A stretch of DNA of 64,000 nucleotides from Octopus sinensis (GCF_006345805.1 NC_043025.1:2294001-2358000), one strand, 5' to 3'. Counted from the stretch's first letter, positions 11,607 to 24,884 are shown. The notes: generated from the sequence alone by a model not told the origin. Program-made: numbers and translations.

Positions 11607-13810
11607 AACACCTTGAATATATGGAGTGGCAGCGGCTTGAAATAGGTATTGCAGCCGGATGCACGATATCAGTCATCTTATTCGTGCTAGTCATGGAAAT
11701 GCTACTCAGATCTGCAAACTGTGAGAAAGCTGTTACTAAGACACCATTAAGGGCTTTTATGGACGACATAACTATATAATCGGAGAGTAGAGAAGAAGCA
11801 GAGGAAACGCTTGAGCGATTGGACGAACTGATAGGATGGGCAAGGATGAAATTCAAAGCCAAAAACTCTCGAAGCGTGGCTTTCGTGAAAGGAAGACAAG
11901 AAGTGAAATTTATGATAGGAAGTGAAGACATACACACAGTGATAGAAAAACCAGTAAAGTGTCTCGGCAGATGGTATAGAGATTTACTAAATGATAAGAA
12001 GCAAGGGAAATAAACACACGAGTTAGAAGAACAAGGATTAAATGCAATTGACAGAACAACGCTGCTGGGAAAATTCAAATGTTGGATACTGCAATTTGGG
12101 CTGTACCCAAGAATAATGTGGTCATTGCAAATGTACGAAATAGCCTCAAGTAGAGCAGAAAGGATGGAACAAAGATGCAGTGTGTTTATCAGAAAATGGC
12201 TTGGTCTGCCGAAACCACTGAATACAACTGCACTATATGGAAATGCCGTGCTGCAACTACCAATAACCTCAATCGCCGAAGAATATAAGGCAGGAAAGGC
12301 AAGGACAGTAATGATGCTAAGGTATTCAAAAGATCAGAGTATCCGGGAAAACCCTCCAAAGGTACGAAAAGGGAGGAAATAGAAGGCGGAAGAGGCAGTA
12401 AACAGGGTTATCGGAAAACTAAAGCACGCAGATATAGTCGGAGTGACGCAAAAAGCTACAACCGGCCTAGGGTCGCAAAATTTCAGGCCATTTTGCAAGA
12501 GCAGTGTAAAAGAGATGAAAGAGGCATTGGTATACGAAGTGAGAAATGAGCAAGAAGAAAGGCGAAATGTACATTTTGTTTGATGCAGTTAAAATTGACA
12601 ATGCCTGAGATCAACCGCAGAATATCATGGAAGGAACTTTGGGCTTGGGAACAAGCAAGAACATCCTTCCTGATCAAGTCTACTTCCGACGTTCTACCTT
12701 CACCGGCGAACTTAGTCCGGTTGAACATAAACAAAACTGATGACTGTAGATGCGGAGAGAAAGCGACGGTTAGACATGTTCTATCAAATTGCAGACTAGC
12801 ACTTGAAAGATATACTTGGCAACATAATCAAGTCCTCAGCGTCATAAGCGCAGCACTCAAGGAGAAGATCGAGAGGTACAATAGGGGAGAGTACCCAAAA
12901 GTAGAAAAGCGCAGGAAAGTATACTTCCACAGGGAGGGAAAAGACCTACAAGTAAAGTATACAAGATAGATGAAAGATGGAAGGGATACTGGGAGGTGGC
13001 CACGGACTTGGAAATACAAGTAGTATTTCCACTAATAAAAGCAACAAAAAGACCGAACTTAGTTCTATGGAACAGAGACCGGGGAATGGGAATTTTACTA
13101 GAACTGACAGTACCTTGGGAAGAGAACATCGGCAATGAAACTAAAGGAGAAGAGATACGAAAAGCTAATCGAAGAATGCAGAGAACAGGGATGGAATGTC
13201 GAATATTATCACCTGGCAATGGGGGCTAGAGGCTTCTGTGAAAAGAAAATGACAACGCTTTTCAAAAGAAGATTTGTTTTTTCTAGCCCCGAGCTCCGTA
13301 ATCTAATAAGGAGAGTACAGGAGGCGGTCGAAAAAGCCAGCTTCTATATATGGCTGAAGCGGGAAGACCGAAAATGGCTTGAAAATCATAAACACGCCGA
13401 CGGGAAATAACATCATTAGGTGAGACTGGCTGACTGAATCAGCTTCGCTGACTGACAGGTGAGGGTCGTTTAGAAAAAGCGCGGGCTAAAACTACGCACC
13501 TTCTCTAGTCAGTTAAGGTGAGACAGTGTCATATGACAAGTGGCTGGGGCCTATGCGGCAGGTACTTAAAGAGAGAAATTTGACAAGACAGTCAGTCACC
13601 GGCTGACACTCGCTGACGATACGTCGAAGAGGCCAGGGAAAAGAAGAACGAAGACATGTTCCCAACACCAGAGCTGAAGACACCTCCGAAAGGGGGGGGG
13701 TCCGCCACGTCAAAACTGTAGAGGAGTAGGGGCCGAAACAAGACGTGGTTCCTCCTGATGATGTCTTGAGCTTACTGGATCCTATAAAGGAGCTGTTGGG
13801 GTAGCAGACC
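11607..13810 (+). mobile_element. 5'-truncated RLE-type non-LTR retrotransposon (HERO/NeSL-like), degraded
   Basis: RT end (GIAAGCTIS, AFMDD, WARMKFKAKNSRS, PVKCLGRWY), zinc finger CRCGEKATVRHVLSNC, and restriction-like endonuclease RPNLVLW...LELTVPWEEN...KEKRY...GARGF. Confidence 0.85.
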
Positions 13811-13829
13811 ACGAAACACGGTTGTAATT

Positions 13830-16800
13830 CCTAAGTATAAATTTGTTACAATAAGAGAAATAATAGAATAATATAAATAATAAAGCATACAATGGCAAAT
13901 TAAAAGACGAATTAAAATTCTAGCGAAATGTACATAGAAGATAATAATTATACAATTTACAAAATACAGTTACAGAGATACAAGAAGCCTCTACCGGCCG
14001 TTTCGGAGACCCGCCAATATTAGTCAATTCATACTTAAAAATTGGCACTCCCCTCATCAGGATGTCCTATACACAACAACATAGTAAACGTGACAAATAC
14101 ACAATTACATTCGGCTATTCAGAAACGAGACATTACGTACTCCCAGCAATTTTTCCGATCTGAATGCTACGTATATGCATAAATTCGATCCACTACGCCC
14201 ATAAAATGATATGCACACGCGCATCTGGACATTTCACTTCTGCATTATTCATTATATTTTTCAATCTTATAAGTTCTCACATACATGCAAAGCACATATC
14301 GGTTAAGGCGCCCATCTAATAGCTATTTCTAATAGACCACTATCTTTATCTTATTCATTAACTTACTATTATTTAAATTTAATTCAATTATAGCTACATA
14401 ACTTTTATGCTATAAATTTCGATCATTTATATAGAACGTTACATCTTTTGCGTACATATGCATAGTGAACTATTTACTGCTTTAAATTTCTTACAACTAG
14501 TTATGCTTTCATGTATACGAATCTAATCATATTCTATAAGAGGATGAATTTTTAAGCTCTAATACTATTTTTGCTATCCTATCTAAATTTCAACTATACG
14601 TAACCCATCTTGACAAGTATGCATCAAACTTATTGTTTAATATTTTCTTTCTAGTCCTTTTACTTTTATGCATAAATCATCCTCTAGTGGACCCAATTCT
14701 ATAAGGGGAGGCATGCGCAAGGATAGCCCATGATATTTTAAATTCAACATCCCTTTCCTTAAGGTCATTAACATGTAATGCCAATGTTGTAGAGGTCCTA
14801 TATTTAGGATTGTTGAAAGAGCTCAGGTGGGATCGATACCTCTGCTTAAAGTCTACTGTGCTTCCAATATAAATTTTTCTCTGGCATTCTTGAGCATCAA
14901 CACTACATTTATAAACTACATTTTCCTGGCGACAATTTCCGCTAATCGGACATACTGATGGGTCCCCTACAATTACATTTCTTCAACCTGCTACGGGGTC
15001 TCGTATTACTGATCACTCCGAAACCATGCCCCCTCCCAGTACTAGGATCCACCATATCATTTACACCATCGTTCCTACTATTTTCCGGTATATGTATTGT
15101 TATATGCATATGTATTATTATTCTTACTATTACCATCATTCTCATTTTTATTTTTACTAATATTTATATTACCATTATCACTACAATTAACACTATTATT
15201 ACCACCCTGATAATCATTATAATCACTAATATCATCATCAACATCATTATTATGATTATCTCTACTATTTGCATTAATTGTCATTCCAATACGCCCTTCA
15301 TAATCGATTTCAGAAGGCGTACTATTAATATTACTACTATCTTCTGTCCTTAATGAATTTTCCATTAAAGCTTCTGTCATCATTTCTATCATTATAGCGC
15401 CTTATTTTACTTCTGTTCAACGAAGCAACAATAGATCCGACATTGGGAGTGTCTGCGTAGGCCAACTTGATTGTTGACTTGTTACATATTGAATAGTACT
15501 TATGGTGTTTTGGGAAAATTTCCTTCAATAACTTTAAAAATAACTTTGGTAAACCTTTCACCCTTAATGAAAAGGGAGAGGCAAACCAAGTAACTTGACG
15601 AATCCTAGACTTGGTATTAATAATGGGATTACAATATGTTGCTCGACTTGACGTAAGGCCATTGCTGTATCTATTAGTAATATTTATATCTTTATTTTTT
15701 CTACTATTAGTATTATTCTTATTCCTATTTTCAACTTCACTAGACCTAGGCCCAACTTTAAAACTCAATTCACATTTATGACTGCTATAATTTGCAACCC
15801 CTTCCCTCCCGTTGCTGTTATCATCCATGGTATTTTCATCATTACAATTCTCATTATTAATCTTATTAACGTGGTTACCATTTACAAAACCAAACACATC
15901 ACATATATTTCTCTTATTTCCAAATCTCATTTCATCAGCTTGTTGCAAGTTCCTTGGGGATCATGAGGGGAGCCTCTGATATCCGAAATCCGTTTCATAT
16001 CGTCGCTGACCATGCTGGACAATTTAATTTTTAATTTTGTATTGTGTATGTATTCAATATCATTTGTGAACCCACTCAGTTTTAAGGCATTGTTGTATAT
16101 TGGGGCGTGTTGATTAAAGATGTTTTGCTTCGCCGATAGGTTTGAGATTCTGATAGACATTGCAGTTATAATGCTATTGATGGTTGATTTGGGATGATTT
16201 TAGGAAACATTGATATATCGGAAAGTTTGGTTTGGTTTTCGGAAAGGGTAGTGTAAGCTAGTATTCAGATTGAGAGTGATGTCGAAGAAATTTGCCACTT
16301 TAGGATTATTCTCAAAAACGATGCTCAAATTATAAAAGTCCTTGAGAGATTCTCTAAGGTCCTTCTTCATTCTTTCAATCTGAGGATTTGAATGATTAGA
16401 GAAGATGAATAATGCGTCATCCCAATAAATCCCTTCGGATAGAGATGGGAAAAACCGCTTAAACTTGTCTAACAAAAATAGACCAACAATATCCGTTACT
16501 TGAGCCGAGTCCGATGATTCCATAGTGATGTCGAATAAAATAAAAGAATGCGATTTAGACCAGTGGTGCTTTCCATAATTTATCAGAGTCATTCTTGCTG
16601 CTTGAATAATATCAATATCTAGATTCGATATTTCAACAAAGTTCCGGGCTAAAATGATTGCTTTATTCAGTAAGATGGGAGAGATCAAGGAGTTGTAATT
16701 CGAAATATCAAATTGTACAAATGACGATGAGTCATCACATTTAATTGTGTGAAACCTATATAAAATAGCATTGGTAGATTCCCATAAGGGCAACATCGTC

Positions 16801-17260
16801 CTTTCTCTTATCACTGGAATAATTCTATCCAATATGGATTTGCTGATTCTACCCAAGTCAAATTTAGTTGGGCAAATTAATCGTATTGACAGTTTGGCAA
16901 GAAAATCTTTTTAATGGGCCTTTAGGGTGCAGTGCGGGGGCTTAGGATCATAAGGTTGCGTGCAGTCAAGGATTCCTAATTCAGAAATTAAGTCGTAGTG
17001 TCTATTATTAATGTCGGCAAGAGCCGATTTCTTGGCGATTTTGTATTTAGCGTGCAGCTCTTTGGATATCAATTTATCCTAAGTTTCATAAGGCACTGAA
17101 TAAATATTGCCTGTTTTATCAGAAAGAATGTGTAGATTAGGATCTAAATGTTGGGCTTTATAGATATAAATGAGTATATGAAGATTTGTATGTGTTTGGT
17201 CTTTCTGTGGATTTTGTGATGCTCCTGTGGTTGTTGCTCGCATTGCCTCCCCTCGGATCA
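13830..17260 (-). mobile_element. Penelope-like element, probably Naiad-type (RT + linker + C-terminal GIY-YIG), degraded
   Basis: SDKTGNIY, RLICPTKFDLGRISK, QFDISNY, IYWDD, NFFDITLNL, RQVTWFASPFS, KCNCR..CPISGNC, NVVYKC..IYIGST..FKQRYRSHLSSF. Asn-rich low-complexity linker; hammerhead near the 3' end. Confidence 0.88.
13986..14066 (-). ncRNA. Hammerhead motif in the PLE 3' region (stem I imperfect)
   Basis: Minus strand: gacatc-CTGATGA-ggggagtgccaat...attggcgggtctcc-GAAA-cggccg-gTA-gaggc. Confidence 0.65.
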
Positions 17261-17330
17261 AAAAGTCTTAATATATTATTATATATACATAATATATTAT
17301 ATATATTATATATATATATATATATCTATA

Positions 17331-17412
<82 letters not shown>

Positions 17413-17429
17413 TATACATATATATGTAT

Positions 17430-18503
17430 ATATTGTTATATTCGGAATGGTCATTTCGCCCGTTTAGCCAATAAAAACACACGCACTATATATTTGGTGT
17501 TACTTTGCTTCAGTGTTACTTATTTTTTTACATTAATCTAATCTTATTTCGGCCAAAGTTCTTCGTCACACTCCTGTGACCGCATCAGTGGTCTTTTGTT
17601 TCTTTTTTCTTATTTGTGTCTCTCCTTACTAAACGTCAGTAATTTTGTATTTCTATTGTGTGTCTTCATTTGTGCATGTTTATATCTCTATGTGCGTCTA
17701 TGTTTATTTAGTGTGTGGGGGGGATGCCTGTAATATTTGTATCTTCTGTTTATATACGTTGATGTAATTTGTTTTGTTGTTGTTTTTGTTTATTCTTATT
17801 TTGTTCATGTGTTTACATCCACTAATTATCATTACATATGCTTGTAAGTATGTATATATGTATAAAACAATACTAGTAATAATAATAATAAATAGAAAAA
17901 AATATAAAATTGTTATTTATTTCTATTTGTTAATTTATCTGTGTATTTATTATGTTTTCGGGATCCTCTACCGTCATATATTGTGGTGTGTACTAGTGTT
18001 CCATTCTAGTTTTGTATTCAGGCTAGGTTTATTTTCTATTATATGTGTAGCTTCTGTAATTTGTCTGATTGTTGCATCTGTTCTATGTGTGGACAATATT
18101 TTAATTTCTATTGTTGTTTGAACCCCTGTGTTCCTGTTCGGCGTGTTGTACAGAATCGATGAGCTTTTACCTTCCTTGAGTTGTCTCCAATGACCATTTA
18201 CCCGCTCTCCTATGCTTATTGCTGTTTCCCCTACGTATGTCGTTGTCTTATTACTGCATCGTCCCTCTACACATCTTATACTATAGACACAATTTCTGGC
18301 TTTACAGGAGTGTGACGAAAGAACTCTGCCGAAATAAGATTACGATTAATAAAAAAAATAAATAACACTGAAGCAAGTTAACACCAGATATATAGTGCGT
18401 GTGTTTATATTGGCTAAACTGGCAAAATGACCATTCCGAAATAACAACATTTGTTTCAACACACGACTTCACATAAAAAATCTTGCACAACAAATACATA
18501 AAC

Positions 18504-18505
<2 letters not shown>
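17430..18505 (-). mobile_element. 5'-truncated PLE (GIY-YIG fragment ~18000-18300) with inverted terminal arms
   Basis: Minus strand reads RNCVYSIRCVEGRCSNKTTTYVGETAISIGERVNGH. 17432-17580 is inverted at 18302-18450. Flanked by (TA)n. Confidence 0.8.
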
Positions 18506-18554
<49 letters not shown>

Positions 18555-18835
18555 TGGTAAAACGGTAAGATAACAAAAGGAAAAGAGACCTCAATATTAT
18601 GTAAATAGAGGAAATTTATCTATACAATAATATGTTACATTACTGGATAGTCAAGATAAAACTCTGAGTTTCAGATGCCAAAGTGGAAATCCCACACACC
18701 ATCTCTTCGGTTATCTGGCTATTTCCAGATAACCGAAGAGATGGTGTTGTGGATTTCCACTTCGGCATCTGAAACTCAGAGTTTTATCTTGACTATCGAG
18801 TAATGTAACATATTATTGTATAGATATATAAATAA
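18555..18835. repeat. Near-perfect ~210-bp palindrome centred at ~18721 with hammerhead-like motifs (PLE terminal remnant)
   Basis: ...catctcttcggttatctgg ctattt ccagataaccgaagagatg...; the right arm reads agataa-CCGAAGA-gatg..catct-GAAA-ctcagag-TT-ttatct. Flanked by (TA)n. Confidence 0.8.
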
Positions 18836-18879
18836 ATATATATATATATATATAGTATGTATGTTATGTATGTATGCAT

Positions 18880-20250
18880 ATATGAGGAGGCAAAACTATA
18901 TAAAAATTTGTTGTTCACGATGCACCTAAATTTGGATTTTTTTAAAAATAACCTTATTTGAATTGTTTTTAAATAACCTTTTTTACATACATACCAAACT
19001 AGTTTCAACAATACTTTTATCAATGGTAAAAATTTAAAATAATGAACGAGAATAACATGTTTCAATGTTTACAAGTTTCAGTAATATGAAATATGATTTA
19101 AATATTCATAACATTCAATAATATAAAAGATGTAGAAGATCTTGTTTGAATGCATAAAATTCAAAAGATCGATAAGAAATGTATATCATCAGAGTTTCGG
19201 CCATACAGGGTAAAGAAGGAGAAAAACAAGGGAGAAATTGAAATAGTGGAAAAAGGGAAATCTTTGAGCACAGTCCCTGTGAATCATTGTCCGTCGTGTG
19301 CAAGGACTTTTGCTTGTAACGGCGTTTTTTGGAATTGGATGTGTTTACAATTATTTCCGTGAACCGATCTGGTATTTGATTCATTAAATTACAGGTGACG
19401 TCTAAGTTTTCTAGTGGGCAAGATTGTGGTCCTGCCTGATTGACGTCCCTGTGGGGGACGGTCATCAGCCATTCCAGTTGATTGATTCTCTTAAAGCGTT
19501 CGGTTCTGATCAGATCTAAAATTTCACTGATTTATGTGACAACAGCAACTGGTGTTTATATGGTGGTATTGTATGGCGATTTGGATTTGCTATTTCGAAA
19601 CCCGCGTTGAAGACTGGTACTAAAGATTTTTGAATTATGTCTGTTGCATCTCGATTTTTTATTGTGGAAAAATTGTTTCTTTTTCCTTTTTCTGTTTAGT
19701 GTTTAAACAGAGGTGAATAAGAGAGAATGAATTAAACGATATTCTTTATTCTAAAACACTACCATTGTATATTGTTAAGATGATATAAGTAATATATAGT
19801 GCATGGATCAGTGGTTAGAGCGTGGAGCTTACAATCATGAGGTTGTGAGTTCGAATCCCGGACCGGGCTGGGTGTTGTATTCTTGAGCAAGACCCTTTAT
19901 TTCGCGTTGCTCCAGTTCACTCAGCTGTAGAAATGAGTTGCGACGTCACAGGTTCCAAGTTGTATCAGCCTCTTTGCCTTTCCCTTAGATAGAGAGGGGA
20001 GGCCTGTATGCATGGGTGACTGCTGGTCTTCCATAAACAAACTTGCCGGACTTATGCCTGGGAGGGTAACTTTCTAGGTGCAATCCCACGTCAGTAATGA
20101 CCGACGGAGGTCTCAACTCAATCCTTACCATCTATCGTAGGTGTAAAATATGCTTTTAGGTGAGTATTTCAATAAGTTCTACGTTGGATCATACTATCAT
20201 TTCACAGACACATGTTCCACCTTTGATGGCAGTGATCACACATGATATTA
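18880..20250. repeat. Duplicated non-TE block B (inverted copy ~54900-56045), interrupted here by a SINE
   Basis: Example: 19455-19495 ggggacggtcatcagccattccagttgattgattctc versus the reverse complement at 55385-55422. 20124-20180 matches 54950-55012. Confidence 0.85.
19802..20118 (+). mobile_element. tRNA-derived SINE
   Basis: catggatcagtggttagagcgtggagcttacaatcatgaggttgtgagttcgaatcccgg head; body shared with 11243-11565. Confidence 0.85.
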
Positions 20251-20837
20251 ACCCAGTATTAACGATACTGGGCTTACAAGAATAAGTCCCGGGGTCGATT
20301 TGCTCGACTAAAAAGCGGTGTTCCAGCATGGCCGAAGTCAAATGACTGAAACAAGTAAAAGAGTAAAAGAGGGAGTAGTAAGAGTATTTGAAAGATTTAG
20401 GACTCTACTCCATGGAGCGAAAACCGGAGATGTATTTATGATATGTGTGGAAGTTACTAGGGAAGCTGGTATCAAACTTTGGAATTCAGAATTATACCAG
20501 ACCCCGAATTGGACGTCACTGCACTGTTCTAAAATTCCCAGATCTTTCATTTAATATTAGGAGAATGTACTGCAATAGTTTGGAGTTCAAGTGCTCACAG
20601 ATAGTTAACAGATCTGAAGAGTGGGTTTAGATGTTTCAACATACGACTTGACCTCTTGCTATACAAGTGAACCAATATCAGGGCAGGAAACTCAAAAGAC
20701 TGCAGCGGTAGCGAACTCTGGCAATCCCATAAACTCGGCCAGTCGAAAAGTGTTTACACTGGTGGGGCCCCAGCATCGACACAGCCTCAGGGTTTAAAAC
20801 ATATAAAAGAATAAAAGAATATATATATATATATATG

Positions 20838-21575
20838 AATGAAGGTTTGAAAATGCAATTTTAAAAGATGTTTATTTACTTGACCGGTTTCACTTTTTTA
20901 CAAAAGATTGTCAAAAGTAACATGTAAAAGCTGTTAGGTACTGATTGTCTACAATACATATACGCATTCTTTGATAATAATATGAACATTTAGATAGTAT
21001 ATAAATGTACAATGAGGGAGATATGTTAGTTTGAACTGACCTGATTCCGCATATTATCGTAAAAGCTTTTACGATAATATGGGGAATCAGGTCAGTTCAA
21101 ACTAAACATATCTCCCTCATTGTACATTTATATTCTACCAAAATGTAACCTTTTTGAACTTATAATTTTCTGTGTGTATATATACAGATACAATACCAAT
21201 TTTCCTCTGAACTTTTTAATAATTCTTTCTGTAAACTGTTTTTAACATTCTCTTTTTATTATCAAAGAATGTATATATGTATTGTAATCTTTTGTGTACC
21301 CAATATTTTAATGAACTTGTCAAATTTCTTTTATATTTTCCCAAGATTTTCCCTTGTAAACTGTGTTTAACATATTCTTATTATTATCAAAGAATGTATA
21401 TATGTATTGTAATATTTTGTGACAACCAGTACCTAACACAACAAAGATTTTACATGTTGCTTTTGACAATTCTTTCTAAATAACTGAAACCGGTCAAGTA
21501 ACTAAACATTTTTAACATTGCATTTTCAAACCTTGTTTCATATATACTTCCACTCGTGCGGTACCTTACAACTCG
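20838..21575. mobile_element. Palindromic PLE terminal remnant (ends of the same family as 3201-6678)
   Basis: Outer inverted ends gaaggtttgaaaatgcaat.../...ttgcattttcaaacctt. Central palindrome atattatcgtaaaagcttttacgataatat at ~21051-21080 extends over ~21003-21130. Confidence 0.8.
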
Positions 21576-21599
21576 AAACATTACGTACGACAGTGGTTC

Positions 21600-22075
21600 T
21601 TACGTAATGTTTCGAGTGTATGGGCGCACGAATAAATCACAGCTTAATCCAGAGCATGTTCATCATATTTTTCCGACATCCTCGGTATTGTGTTGGGAGA
21701 TTATTCAGCGAGGACGTTTGGGAAAATGACCGGATCTGGATTCGCGAAGTATTGAATTTTTCACGACAAAAATGCACCTATCACCTCACTCGTAAGTTTC
21801 TTGCCAAAAACAACATGCTATCGCTTCCGCATCTGCCCTATTCGCCAGATTTACCACCTGCTGACTTGCATCCGTTCTCAAGATGAAAAAATAGCTCAGA
21901 GGTCGAGATCAAGAGCAAACTTAACATCATTGTCGAAATCTAGAGGTCCTCGACTCGCCTATGGAAAACTACTTCCAGGCCGGATTTCAAAAGTGTCAGA
22001 AAAGCTGGGGCAGTTGCATTATTGCTCAGGTAACATGAGTTACCTTTATTAAACATAGCTCGTTCAGAAAATTTA
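21600..22075 (+). mobile_element. Mariner transposase 3' fragment with decayed TIR
   Basis: KFLAKNNMLSLPHLPYSPDLPPADL (mariner YSPDL motif). The end region is mirrored at 52960-53025. Confidence 0.8.
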
Positions 22076-22079
22076 TATA

Positions 22080-22484
22080 TACGACGGGTTTCCTTCAGTT
22101 ACCGTGAACCCAAGTAACTAACATACACGAGTTTGTTTGGTTTGAGACCAGATTACACGGAGAAGAACTGAATACAGAAGCAAAATTCTTATCACACAGC
22201 CATGCCAATGCCTACGCGTAATCACCACACACCACACCACACACACACACACAACATACAAATACCACACACACGTATGACGGAAATGGAAAATGGATTT
22301 TACTTGATACATTAATCATTACTGCTGTTTCAACCGGTCTTCAATCGGCCCCTCATGAATGAGATAATGGTCGATTGGCTGCGGTGCATCTTTCTTTGCA
22401 GATGCTTCTCATCAGTTGACATTTCAAAAAGTACTCTACTCAATAAACTCGTTTTCACTTGGTTCGATTATAATGTATTTCGTT

Positions 22485-22533
<49 letters not shown>

Positions 22534-23745
22534 TAATAATAATATAAAAAAAAAAATAATAATAATGATAATAATAATAATAATTTTAGTACGAATAAGG
22601 TGAAGAAGAAGAAGAAAAAGGAGAAGGAGAAGGAGAAGAAGGTGAAGAAGAACAAAAACAATGACAACAACAACAATAATAACAACGAAGAAGTCGGTGA
22701 TGAAGAAAAAGTAATATGAGTAGCAAAAAACAGACAAGATGGACAAGCAAAACAATAAGAAAATTTGGGAATGAGGATAGAAATGATAATAAAAATATAT
22801 CAACATAAGTAAAATTATCAGACATACACACAGACACAAACGTACGAGGGACACACCAAACATTCTTTTATGTTGTGGACGACTAGCTACATTAACATCC
22901 TTCCTAAAGAAATTGAAACGGCATATGCAGCCATCACACTGGACAGTTTGACCAAATTGCCCCAGCTGTAGCTCACTGTACAAATAGAAAATGACGACTA
23001 CCAACTTCAGCACGTCATGTAATTGTAGAGTTTAAAATAACTCATATTATTGAACCAGTATCTCAAAAGAGTGAGGATGAATATATTTCTATACGTTCTT
23101 CTCTTGAAGTGAGTATAACTCTGCATAAATATATATTTCAAAATATACCCACCTATAGACACAAATACAAACATAGAAATTCACGTGCAATCGTACACTC
23201 ATACAGAAAATGTTAGACATTTATGCAGACACATAGAGACACAAACACTCATAGACACCTTCATACACACTCTAACATGAAAATAGTAGCAGAACATTAG
23301 TTAGAGATAGAGAGAGAAAAAGGAAGATGAGAAGACATTAAGTTACTAGAAAAATTTCTTAAATAAAATAATATCAAAAAACTTAAGCAACTTACATTTG
23401 AACTAAACTTTGAAGGTTTTGAAAGGATCCTTGTGGGATGGTTGTGATCTTATTATTATTGAGATATCTGAAACATAAAACACAGTTCAAAAGAATGAGT
23501 ATTAAAAAGATTTCTTATAAAATATTATTAAATCTTGTATCTTTAGAATCATATTAATAAAAAGAGGACGATAATGAAGAAAATGGCCGAGATGTTGATG
23601 ATGATGATGAGGAGGAGGATTGCGATGTTGATTGTAAATGTAGTAATAATGACGGGGAGAAGGAAAAATGATGATGATTATTATCGAAAACGATGACAAA
23701 CGCTACCGATTAATTGGTGATGACGACGTTGATTATTATGATGTT
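22080..23745. repeat. Duplicated block C (inverted copy ~51450-52960)
   Basis: ORFs 22483-23013(-) and 52211-52639(+) share VVVIFYL.SELQLGQFGQTV.CDGC.CRFNFFRKDV. Flanks align throughout. Confidence 0.9.
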
Positions 23746-23889
23746 CATAACAAAGGTGAGGATGATTCTGCATGCTAGAAATAGCAGAGTAAATGAGGGA
23801 AGGAAATAGTTATGATGACAAGATAAATTATAACGATTAGTGAATACAAAACTATGATTAGCAGAAGGACTATGGATATGATAGCGCTG

Positions 23890-24062
23890 AAGATGATACT
23901 GATGATGATGATGATGATGATGATTATGATGATGATGATGATCATGATCATGATGATGATGTTGATGATGATGATGATGATAATGATGATGATGATGATG
24001 GTGACGAAGATGACGATGATGATGATAATGATGAAAGATATGATGGACATGCTGATGATGCT
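23890..24062. repeat. (GAT)n microsatellite
   Basis: Seen directly; source of the poly-Met/poly-Ile ORFs. Confidence 0.95.
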
Positions 24063-24260
24063 GCAGTTTCCTTGCGGAAAAAATAACAGCTGAAACTAAT
24101 TAGTACATGGGTAATATTTTATTTCGTATATTTTCAATTGTTTATTGCTATGGTTTGTGTTTGAGTTTGATCTGAGAACAAATAATATTTTGTGGTGAAT
24201 GGCGATTGACGTATATCTAGCATGTTGACTGTCCACTTTTAGTGTTCAGTCCTTAATTGG

Positions 24261-24305
<45 letters not shown>

Positions 24306-24307
24306 CG

Positions 24308-24349
<42 letters not shown>

Positions 24350-24352
<3 letters not shown>

Positions 24353-24884
24353 GATTATGCATTTGATTTGCAAGAATTTTGATGTTAAATCGTGTGTTGA
24401 AACAGATATTGTTGTATTTTGGAATGGTAATTTTGCCAGTTTAGCCAATAAAAACACACGCACTATATATTTGGTGTTACTTTGCTTCAGTGTATTTATT
24501 TTTTACATTAATCTTATTTCGACCAAAGTACTTTCGTCACACTCCTGTGGCCTCATCAGTAGTCCTTTGTTTTTTTCTTTCATATTTGTGTGTCTCTCCT
24601 TATTAACGATCAGCCATTTTGTATTTTGTATTCCTATTGTACGTGTCTTCATTTTCGCATGGGTATACCTCTATATGTGTCTATGTTTAGTTAGTGTGTG
24701 TGTGGGGGAGGTGCCTATAATATTTGTATCTCATGTTTATATACGTCCGAAAGAAATCTGGCCGAAATAAAATTTAGATTAATGTAAAAAATAAATAACG
24801 CAGAAGCAAAATAACACCAAATATATAGTGCGTGTGTTTTTATTGGCGAAACTGGCAAAATGACCATTCCTAAATACAACAACA

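Noticed and set aside
13670-13830. CTGAAGA/GAAAC/CTGATGA words in the HERO-like 3' UTR as a hammerhead
   Set aside because: I could not build consistent stems I-III with a valid NUH site.
22840-23020. Shared 60-aa peptide SELQLGQFGQTV.CDGC.CRF in two ORFs as a conserved host exon
   Set aside because: Explained by the DNA duplication. The opposite strand reads HSFMLWTTSYINILPKEIETA, which resembles an old LINE RT C-terminus, and no clear splice sites were found.
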